Made by a program: the position numbers and the translations under genes. Source: an uncultured Poribacteria bacterium (GTDB lineage: Bacteria; Poribacteria; WGA-4E; WGA-3G). From it: a stretch of 64,000 bases of DNA. This document shows, in pieces, positions 9,719-17,656 of the stretch. The stretch spans positions 1,664,001-1,728,000 of the forward strand of contig CATQHZ020000001.1 in NCBI GenBank assembly GCA_958296135.2. The letters are read 5' to 3'. A model generated the notes under the pieces. It did not search any database. It worked only from the letters and a program-made list of their open reading frames with translations, and was not told the DNA's origin. The stretch's first letter is position 1; the number at the start of each line of letters is the position of its first letter.

Positions 9719-11400
9719 GGCTCCTGGTGAATCTCTATCCGTTGATTTATCGCTATGCTATCAAGCACCCGTTGCGTTTCGCCGTTCGGCCATGTGACTT
9801 CAATCCACTCAATCTCGGCGGCTGCGCCTAAGCCAAATTCGGCGATGTAACTATTAGACGACAGGTAACTCTCACCGGCACAGATTTCTCGCATCTGGAT
9901 AGCGTCCGCCGTTTTAACCCGAATCTTCGCGCCGATGGCATTTGGGTTGGCCCCCAGACTGCGCAATTTCACGTGCAGCCAATTCCTGCCGTTGGTATTA
10001 TTTCGCAACAGCGTCGGCTGCGCATGGTTATTGACGATAAAGATGTCTACGTCGCCATCGTTGTCATAGTCACCGAAGGTGGTGCCGCGCCCGACGCGGA
10101 GAGGCAACTGCGCAATGCCGGCCTCCGCGCAGACATCGGTGAAGGTGTCATCGCCGTTGTTGCGGAACAACGCATCCTGCTGTGGAATAAGGACTTCGGG
10201 CTGATGTAATTCTTGGAAGGTGCTCCCGTTCGCGACGAAGATATCCAAATCGCCATCGTTGTCGTAGTCAAAGAGAGAAGTGCCCCAGCCGATCTGCTTA
10301 ATACTCACCTCCGCCAGCATCGCAGAGTAGGATTCATCGACAAATCGGATGCGCGTCGGGACCCCATTCTCCTCTTTTAAAAGATTCCGATAAAGCGCGT
10401 TCTCCTCATCCACCCAGTGGCTCATAAAGAGATCGGTGTCACCGTCGTTATCATAATCCCCAGTGGTAACACCCATAGAGCCGCGGAAGTCCGCCGCCCA
10501 CGAATCGTCACTCACATCGGTGAAGGTGCCATCGCCATCGTTGCGATAGGCATGGTTGACAGTGGTATCGTTTGCGACATACAGCTCCAGATCGGTGTCT
10601 CCATCAAAATCGCTAAAGATTGCCTGCATGCTTCTGCCGCCGGAGGCGGCGATACCTGCCTTTGCAGTGATATCGGTGAAGGTGCCATCGCCGTTGTTGC
10701 GGTAGAAAACGTTATCCTGTGGTTCAAAGACATGCGGATTCAGCGCGCTCGGCACCGGTTTCCCAGATTGCAAGGACTCCGCTTGCATCGCCTCTAGTTT
10801 CTCCAAATCATAAGTGACGTAGTTACAAACGTAGAGCTCTAAGTCGCCATCTCCATCGGTATCGGCGAAGGCGGCACCGGTACTCCACTGTGAGGCGTGC
10901 TTGGAAAGCGCGCCTGCCGCATTCGGGAAAGCAACATCGGTTACGTCCGTGAACGTGCCATTCTTGTTATTGCGGTAGAGAACGTTTGGGCCGTAATTGG
11001 TGACATAGAGATCGAGGTATCCATCGCCATCGTAATCGGCGAAAACGCAGCCCATGCCGTACCCGGTGTCACCCACGCCGGCGGTTTTGGTTATGTCGGT
11101 GAAGGTGCCATCGCCGTTGTTGCGATAGAGCGCGTTGCGCGCCGGGCTCTGGTAGTCCCCGCCGAACGGGCCAGGGATATTGACAATGTAAAGATCTGTG
11201 TCTCCATCGTTATCAATGTCGGCGAAAGCTGCGCCGGAGCCCATATCTTCCGGCAGCAGCGAAGTGCGTTTTGCATGCGCGCCCGCGTGCCGGAAATCGA
11301 TACCCGCTGCGCGCGTCACATCGGTAAAGGTTGCGGCGTGCGCAATAAGCGGTGTTATCGCAAGAGAAAAGATGAAGAACAGCGGTATCATTCTTAGCAT
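9715..11400 (-). CDS. CRTAC1/ASPIC-UnbV family protein with FG-GAP repeats
   Basis: Signal peptide; repeated DYDNDGDxDL and LYRNNGDGTFTD; C-terminal NAIGAKI...SYLS...FGLG...WPNG. Confidence 0.9.
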   Translation of the reverse strand: MLRMIPLFFIFSLAITPLIAHAATFTDVTRAAGIDFRHAGAHAKRTSLLPEDMGSGAAFADIDNDGDTDLYIVNIPGPFGGDYQSPARNALYRNNGDGTFTDITKTAGVGDTGYGMGCVFADYDGDGYLDLYVTNYGPNVLYRNNKNGTFTDVTDVAFPNAAGALSKHASQWSTGAAFADTDGDGDLELYVCNYVTYDLEKLEAMQAESLQSGKPVPSALNPHVFEPQDNVFYRNNGDGTFTDITAKAGIAASGGRSMQAIFSDFDGDTDLELYVANDTTVNHAYRNDGDGTFTDVSDDSWAADFRGSMGVTTGDYDNDGDTDLFMSHWVDEENALYRNLLKEENGVPTRIRFVDESYSAMLAEVSIKQIGWGTSLFDYDNDGDLDIFVANGSTFQELHQPEVLIPQQDALFRNNGDDTFTDVCAEAGIAQLPLRVGRGTTFGDYDNDGDVDIFIVNNHAQPTLLRNNTNGRNWLHVKLRSLGANPNAIGAKIRVKTADAIQMREICAGESYLSSNSYIAEFGLGAAAEIEWIEVTWPNGETQRVLDSIAINQRIEIHQEP

Positions 11401-12755
11401 GAGTCTAAAAAATTGGTGAAGACGGGCCCGTTCAGAAAGCGTTCGTCGTTCAGAATATTTTGGTGGAGCGGAATTGTCGTCTTTATTCCCCCGATTTTGA
11501 ACTCCGAAAGCGCGCGTTTCAAGCGCGTAATCGCCTCCTCCCGGTCCCTCCCGACTGCGATGAGTTTCGCGACGAGAGAGTCATAATGCGGCGGTACCCG
11601 ATAGCCCGCGTAAATATAGCCATCGACGCGGATGCCAATTCCCCCCGGGGGTTGATAGTCTGTCACTAACCCCGGCGACGGCATGAACCCGTTGCTCGGG
11701 TCTTCGGCGTTAATGCGGCACTCAATAGCGTGTCCCTCGTGGCGAATATCAGATTGTCCATAGCCGAGTTCTTCGCCCATGGCTATCCGAATCTGCTCCT
11801 TAATCAGATCGATGCCGGTGATGCATTCCGTAATCGTATGCTCCACTTGGATACGGGTGTTCATTTCAAGGAAGTAGAAGTTATCGTCTGTATCCACGAC
11901 GAATTCTATCGTGCCAGCGTTGGTGTAGCCGATTGATTTGACTGTTTTTGCAGCGGCTTTGCAGATCTCCGTGCGGAGTTTGGGGGGGATAGATGCCGCT
12001 GGTGCCTCTTCTAGAAGTTTCTGTTGATTCCGCTGGATAGAGCATTCGCGTTCGCCTAAATGGACAGAATTTCCGTGCGTATCGGCTAAGACTTGCACTT
12101 CAATGTGCCGCGCTTCTTCAATCCACTTCTCAATGTAAACTTCACCGTTGCCGAACGCCGCTTCCGCCTCGGCCTTCGCCGTGTGAAATAGGTTGAAAAG
12201 GCTGGGCCGGTTGTAGGCAATACGGATGCCGCGGCCGCCACCCCCCGCGACAGCTTTGATGCCGACTGGGTAACCGATTTTCTCGGCGAGCTGCACCGCT
12301 TCTTCAGCTATATCAACCGTGCCTTTTTTGCTATTTTTCCGTTTGCCGCTCCGGCTGCCAGGCACGAGTTTCAGACCGGCCTTCGCGACTTTCTCCCGCG
12401 CTTGGACTTTGTTGCCCATCGTGGCCAGGTCTGTGATAGAAGGACCGATGAAGCGGATCTGGTGCGCTTCGCAAATCTTAGCGAACTGCGCATCCTCCGC
12501 CAGAAATCCTGCACCGGGATGGATAGCATCGACGTTGGCAAGATCAGCGACGGCGATAATGTTGGCATACTTCAGATAACTGTCCGCGGACAGGGGCGGC
12601 CCGATGCAGTAAGCATCGTCCGCATACTGAACATGCAGCGCATCTGCATCCGCCGTGGAAAAGATAGCGACGGTTTTAATGCCCATGTCTTTGCACGCGC
12701 GGATAATGCGAACGGCTATCTCACCCCGATTCGCTATAAGAATTTTTTGGAACAT
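11394..12755 (-). CDS. accC: Acetyl-CoA carboxylase biotin carboxylase subunit
   Basis: KILIANRGEIAVR, GGGGRG, RECSIQR, EMNTRIQVEH, ECRINAED. Confidence 0.97.
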   Translation of the reverse strand: MFQKILIANRGEIAVRIIRACKDMGIKTVAIFSTADADALHVQYADDAYCIGPPLSADSYLKYANIIAVADLANVDAIHPGAGFLAEDAQFAKICEAHQIRFIGPSITDLATMGNKVQAREKVAKAGLKLVPGSRSGKRKNSKKGTVDIAEEAVQLAEKIGYPVGIKAVAGGGGRGIRIAYNRPSLFNLFHTAKAEAEAAFGNGEVYIEKWIEEARHIEVQVLADTHGNSVHLGERECSIQRNQQKLLEEAPAASIPPKLRTEICKAAAKTVKSIGYTNAGTIEFVVDTDDNFYFLEMNTRIQVEHTITECITGIDLIKEQIRIAMGEELGYGQSDIRHEGHAIECRINAEDPSNGFMPSPGLVTDYQPPGGIGIRVDGYIYAGYRVPPHYDSLVAKLIAVGRDREEAITRLKRALSEFKIGGIKTTIPLHQNILNDERFLNGPVFTNFLDSC

Positions 12756-12872
12756 TTTTGTATTTCGCAATGTGTTGTTTCGCTTTTGCTTGGCTGATGA
12801 GGCTGCCTGAGCAGGCCATCTTCACTTTGTGAAGACTTACGTTTCTAACGGATAACAACGAATGACAAGACA

Positions 12873-13080
12873 TGGCGAGGGCCGTTACGGGCACGCCTAC
12901 AGAAAAAGTGCGTGTGTCGCCCCGCGTAAGCAAGCTACCTTACTTTAACTTTGTCATCTGCTGTCGATCGTGTTGGCGTTCTGTTTACAGAACGCCGAAG
13001 ATGTGTCTTCCATAAACGGAAGACACTGCACGATCGACTGAGCTGCCGCCTCGCTGCAGAGATGTCCACTGTCCCTCGCC
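12873..13080. repeat. Composite REP plus nested structured element (long variant, inverted relative to the 7993-8216 copy)
   Basis: tggcgagggcc[gttacg...gatgtccac]tgtccctcgcc; shares blocks with 7993-8216. Confidence 0.85.
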
Positions 13081-13102
13081 GGACGATGACTGCGTGCTCC
13101 GT

Positions 13103-13573
13103 TCAGGTGATACGAGCAACGCGGAAGAGCGGTTCTCCGTATTCAACCGCCGCGCCATCTTCAGCAAGGATTTCGAGAATCTCACAGCTGAAGGGTACCT
13201 CCACGGGGTTGTAAGTTTTCATCACTTCGAGGACAGCTAGTGCGTCTCCGGTGCTGACGGTATCGCCTACCTGAACGAAGGGCGGTTCACCGGGGGCCGG
13301 CGAACGATAGAACCGGGAAGGCATCGGGGCGTTAATAAATTCCGCATCGTCTGGTCCAGCGGTTTCAGTGGAGGTTCCAACCGGCACCATCGGCTGCGAG
13401 ACTATCGGCTGCGGTTGCAGGGGTGCCGCCGCAACCTTCCGTGAGAGCTGCACCTCCAACTCGCCATCGCGAACGCGCAGCTCAGCGAGTTCGGCCCGCT
13501 CGGCGATGGTAATCAGGTTTTCAACGAGCCTCAGGAGATGGTTCTCATCCTGCTCGTGTTTTTTTCGGTTCAT
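13103..13573 (-). CDS. accB: Biotin carboxyl carrier protein
   Basis: FYRSPAPGEPPFV and the EVMKT biotinylation motif; lies between efp and accC. Confidence 0.93.
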   Translation of the reverse strand: MNRKKHEQDENHLLRLVENLITIAERAELAELRVRDGELEVQLSRKVAAAPLQPQPIVSQPMVPVGTSTETAGPDDAEFINAPMPSRFYRSPAPGEPPFVQVGDTVSTGDALAVLEVMKTYNPVEVPFSCEILEILAEDGAAVEYGEPLFRVARIT

Positions 13574-13576
13574 AAG

Positions 13577-14134
13577 TTAGACCCTTTCCACATATTTTCC
13601 TGTCCGCGTGTCAACTTTGATGGTAATTTCGTTTTGAACGAAGAGGGGGACGTTAACGACTGCGCCGGTCTCCAGTGTGGCACGCTTAGAGCCCCCGCTT
13701 ACTGTGTCGCCGCGCAACCCGGGATCGGTCTCGACGATTTGGAGTTCAACGAAGTTCGGCAATTCAAGCGCGAGCGGCACAGCCCCCTCCATTTTGACGG
13801 TGACAGTTCCGCCTTCCTTCAGAAACTTCAACCCATCGCCGACGAGGGAGATTGGGAGCAAGTGTTGTTCAAAGGTTTCGTTGTCCATAAAGCACAGCAT
13901 CTCGCCATCGCGGTATAAATACTGCATCTCGTGGTCCATCAGGCGTGCGGTTTCTATGGTTTCGTTGGCACGGAACGTCCGGTCCAAAACCGCGCCATCG
14001 GTAATGCGCTTGATTTTCGTCCGGGCGAAGGCACCGCCTTTGCCCGGCTTGACATGCTGACAATCTACAATCGTGTAGAGCGTATCGTTGAGTCGGATAA
14101 CCAACCCATTTCTTAAATCGTTCAGTGCTGCCAT
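13577..14134 (-). CDS. efp: Elongation factor P
   Basis: HVKPGKGGAF, PGLRGDT, KVDTRTGKYVERV. Confidence 0.98.
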   Translation of the reverse strand: MAALNDLRNGLVIRLNDTLYTIVDCQHVKPGKGGAFARTKIKRITDGAVLDRTFRANETIETARLMDHEMQYLYRDGEMLCFMDNETFEQHLLPISLVGDGLKFLKEGGTVTVKMEGAVPLALELPNFVELQIVETDPGLRGDTVSGGSKRATLETGAVVNVPLFVQNEITIKVDTRTGKYVERV

Positions 14135-14284
14135 AAATGTTCCTTTTCTCCTTCTCTTTTTTTGTAGGTGCGGTTTTTAACCGCGATTCTTATACCAAAT
14201 GCATCAAAATAGTTCGGGCTTGCCCAATCGCAAACGACAGAAATGAGACAACTAAATGCCGCTGATAATGAGGGATGAATCCTG

Positions 14285-15034
14285 TTAAGAAAACAACAAA
14301 GGCAGTGCTAACTGCAACGCCTTGGCTCTGTGGCTGATGCGGTTCTTGCGCTCCTCTCCTAATTCTGCAAACGTTTTGTCATAGCCGTTGGGAATAAAAA
14401 CCGGGTCATAGCCGAAGCCGCCTGTTCCCATCGGAGACAGGGTAATGTGCCCTTCGCAAACCCCGATAACTACCTGGGGGTTATCTGCATGGCTGTCGTC
14501 TGCCCTAGTCCCTCGCTCTACGGTTGCAAGAGTGCGAGGGACAGGTTTGGCGATAGCAACGGCCGCGACGAAACGCGCGGCTCTATTCGGATTTCCCTCA
14601 AGTGCTTCCAGCAACTTTGCAATCCGCATCGCGTCGGAAGCATCCTCGCCGGCCCAGCGTTTTGACTGAACCCCCGGGGCACCGCTGAGTGCCGCGACTT
14701 CTAATCCTGCATCGTCGGCGAGGGTGAGATGGCCGGTGTAATCCGCGATGACCTCGGCTTTTTTACAAGCATTCTCCGCGTAAGTCTCGCCATCTTCGAT
14801 GATTTCTGGCGCGCTCGGAAAATCCTGCAATGTGCAAATCTGCAGCAACGGCGATTTGGCATCGTGGCGAGGGACAATGGACATCCCTGTTGGGAAACCT
14901 GCAGAGATGCCAACGTTTCGGCGTGGCGGCCCTCGCCCTACGGTAACCGAATCTTCCAGCTTTACAGCGTCGTGCAGCATATCTGTCAATTCACGCACTT
15001 TGCCGGCGTTACGGGTTGCCAAGACGAGCTTCAT
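14285..15034 (-). CDS. rdgB: Non-canonical purine NTP pyrophosphatase (RdgB/HAM1) with two repeat-derived insertions
   Basis: [36 protein letters not shown]; follows rph; 249 aa versus ~200 typical. Confidence 0.93.
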   Translation of the reverse strand: MKLVLATRNAGKVRELTDMLHDAVKLEDSVTVGRGPPRRNVGISAGFPTGMSIVPRHDAKSPLLQICTLQDFPSAPEIIEDGETYAENACKKAEVIADYTGHLTLADDAGLEVAALSGAPGVQSKRWAGEDASDAMRIAKLLEALEGNPNRAARFVAAVAIAKPVPRTLATVERGTRADDSHADNPQVVIGVCEGHITLSPMGTGGFGYDPVFIPNGYDKTFAELGEERKNRISHRAKALQLALPLLFS

Positions 15035-15767
15035 CTAAATTCTCCAACATCATACGGTTTTGCAAGCGGATGAGCTGCTGGATGCCACTGACAGCCAGAT
15101 CTAACAGTTTGTCGGTATCCTCGCGCGAGAAGGGCTGCTCCTCGGCGGTGCCTTGCACCTCTATGAACTTCCCTGTCCCAGTCATGACGATGTTCATATC
15201 GACATCGGCGGTTGAATCTTCGGCATAACAGAGGTCCAGCATCGGTTCGCCGTTGATAATCCCGACGCTCGTGGCGGCGATGTTATCCTGTATCGGAAAC
15301 GCCTTGATTCGCTTCTGCTCCACCAAATATTGGCATGCGTCCCAAAGTGCGATGAAACCCCCGGTAATCGCGGCGGTTCGAGTGCCGCCATCTGCTTGGA
15401 TGACATCACAATCTATCCAGATTGTCTGTTCCTCCAAAGCGTTGAGTTCTACCGCGGCGCGTAGGGAACGTCCAATCAGGCGTTGGATTTCCTGTGTTCT
15501 GCCACCGAGGCCGCCGCGCGTCGCTTCACGCTGCATCCGTTCGGACGTAGAGCGCGGGAGCATGGAATATTCCGCTGTCACCCAGCCTTTATGCCGAATC
15601 CGCTGTTCCCGCATAAACCGCGGCTGCGCATCTTGAACAGAGGCGGTGCAAACGATTCGGGTATCCCCCGCTGTGATGAGGACAGAACCTTCCGCATGTT
15701 TGATGTAGTGCCGCTGGACGGTAATCGGGCGCATTTCATCTGGACGGCGGCCGTCAGTTCTTTTCAT
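15009..15767 (-). CDS. rph: Ribonuclease PH
   Basis: [49 protein letters not shown]. Confidence 0.97.
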   Translation of the reverse strand: MKRTDGRRPDEMRPITVQRHYIKHAEGSVLITAGDTRIVCTASVQDAQPRFMREQRIRHKGWVTAEYSMLPRSTSERMQREATRGGLGGRTQEIQRLIGRSLRAAVELNALEEQTIWIDCDVIQADGGTRTAAITGGFIALWDACQYLVEQKRIKAFPIQDNIAATSVGIINGEPMLDLCYAEDSTADVDMNIVMTGTGKFIEVQGTAEEQPFSREDTDKLLDLAVSGIQQLIRLQNRMMLENLDEARLGNP

Positions 15768-15793
15768 GTGTCGGTTCCTCAGTGTCTGTCGCG

Positions 15794-15997
15794 CTACATC
15801 TCTTGCAAAAACGCCAACGCCTTCGTGTAACTCCGGCGTTCGAGGTAGTGCTTGAGCATTGCAGGCGCAGTGGGAGCAATCTCCTGAGCCAGCGTGTCAA
15901 TGTGCAGCAGCTGGTCGGTGATGTCTTCCCCGGCTTCAATTCGCGCAAACATCGTGGATAACGTCTGTTTGAGCTCCAAGGTTGTATCAGTTACCAT
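15794..15997 (-). CDS. Small hypothetical helical protein
   Basis: 67-aa ORF with AGGA upstream, co-oriented with rph; [14 protein letters not shown]. Confidence 0.6.
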   Translation of the reverse strand: MVTDTTLELKQTLSTMFARIEAGEDITDQLLHIDTLAQEIAPTAPAMLKHYLERRSYTKALAFLQEM

Positions 15998-16104
15998 TTT
16001 TTGTTGTTCCTAGCGGTGGTTCCGCTGCCACTTGGCAGCGGATGTTGTCCTATCAGGCCGTCTTCACGTTGTGAAGACTTACGGTTCTGTGGGTGTGACA
16101 GATG

Positions 16105-17028
16105 TCACCCCATTTCCTGCACCGCTTTGCAGGTGCGCAGGTGGACATTTTTCGGCGGCGCATCGTAGCCTTTCCACGCGTAAGGGTCGACACCAGAAAC
16201 CGGGATGACGCAGCGCCTGTCCGCGCTCGCCGGCCGCTCACCTTCTCGGAGCGTCCACGGTAACAGCGACCAGGAATTACAGTAATGGTTCACTAAAACG
16301 CGCCGGAAGGTATCGCCGCGATTCTTGCGGGAACGATGGAGTAAATATCCGTTGAAGAAAACGAGCGAACCCGTTTCCACTTCCACAGGCACTTCATCGT
16401 TGTCATTGAAGCCGAAACTCTCCTCGGCGAAGTCAAATTCATCGGGGTTCTCGTGCGCTTTCTGTGGATAGAGATACCCTTGCCGATGCGAGCCGGGCAG
16501 AATCCAGAGACATCCGTTCTCAACCGTCGCGTTGTCCATCGCAATCCACGCGCCTATCAGCGACCGGTCGCGAGTCGGAATGTAAATCTCGTCCTGATGC
16601 CACGCCTGCCCCTGAAAATTGGGCGGCTTAACGAAGAGCATGGACTGCATGCACTTCACGCTGCCATCCCAATGGGGGAGATGCGCGGCGGTTATCTGAC
16701 TCAGGATACCGCAGATTTTCGGGTGCTTGACATATTTCTCCATCACCGGGCTGACAAAATGCGGTTGATGGACGCAGAGAATGCGGCTGATTGCCTCTTC
16801 ATCGCTAACGGTATCCGGAAGCGGTTTGATGCTATCGCACGGATATCCGCCACGTGCGAGGGCGGCAGTGTCTTGCCGCAACTCCTCGATTTCGTCAAGC
16901 GACAGCAGTTCTGGGACGACAAGGTAGCCGTTTTCGACAAAAAACTGCGTCTGCTCGTCTGATATGATTTTCGGCACCTCAATGGCGTTGCCATTGACAA
17001 TTGCGCCTTCTATAAACTTTTCTGTCAT
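16105..17028 (-). CDS. Phytanoyl-CoA dioxygenase (PhyH) family Fe/2OG dioxygenase
   Basis: WHQD, AWIAMDNATVENGCLWILPGSH, LLHRS. Confidence 0.9.
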   Translation of the reverse strand: MTEKFIEGAIVNGNAIEVPKIISDEQTQFFVENGYLVVPELLSLDEIEELRQDTAALARGGYPCDSIKPLPDTVSDEEAISRILCVHQPHFVSPVMEKYVKHPKICGILSQITAAHLPHWDGSVKCMQSMLFVKPPNFQGQAWHQDEIYIPTRDRSLIGAWIAMDNATVENGCLWILPGSHRQGYLYPQKAHENPDEFDFAEESFGFNDNDEVPVEVETGSLVFFNGYLLHRSRKNRGDTFRRVLVNHYCNSWSLLPWTLREGERPASADRRCVIPVSGVDPYAWKGYDAPPKNVHLRTCKAVQEMG

Positions 17029-17365
17029 GATGTTGTCTCTCAACGTTGGTTGACCTTTTAAGGTGTCGCTGGAGCCCTGTTACACTCGGGTTTTCGCAAA
17101 ACCAAAAGTTAACATATTTTTTTTTGCGATTTTCCGAGCGGTTTTGTGATGGCGGTTGCATCCTTGTGTCACAGGGGTTTCTCGCGCTTTGGGACAATTT
17201 GCGCCAGGTCAACTACGGGCGAATAGTTGACCTTTGCGCGGATTGCGGCTTTGGTTCGTTCACGGCCGATATCGCGGTAGTGTTGGAAGTATTCCCAACA
17301 GGGTTTTCTCTCTCCCTCGCGCTACGATAATATGACGTTCTTGTGACGTTTTGGTTCTGATATTT

Positions 17366-17394
17366 ATTGTATAAAAATATGCAAAAATTGTCAA
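17366..17394 (-). promoter_or_regulatory. sigma70-type promoter upstream of phyH-like gene
   Basis: TTGACA-17-TACAAT on minus strand. Confidence 0.65.
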
Positions 17395-17427
17395 GAATTC
17401 TTTTTCGGGGGATTCTTCAGGGAGGCG

Positions 17428-17619
17428 TTAGAAGAAGATTTCGGAGAAGCCGCAGGAGAGGCACTCGTAGAAATCGGGGAGGTCTGCTGCCTGTTCTGGC
17501 ACAGGCACTTCGGGGAGCGATGCATCAAACCGCTTCATGTCCCACTGGGCGTAAAAGTGCAAGTCGAGACAGACCGCGAGGATGAGGCTTATTCCTACAA
17601 TGAGGGTTCGTTTGTTCAT
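17428..17619 (-). CDS. Short membrane-anchored peptide or gene remnant
   Basis: GGAG/AGGA upstream; MNKRTLIVGISLILAVCL signal anchor; 63 aa. Confidence 0.4.
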   Translation of the reverse strand: MNKRTLIVGISLILAVCLDLHFYAQWDMKRFDASLPEVPVPEQAADLPDFYECLSCGFSEIFF

Positions 17620-17656
17620 GTTCCTGATGTCTCCGAAAAAATCGCGATTCTGTCTG

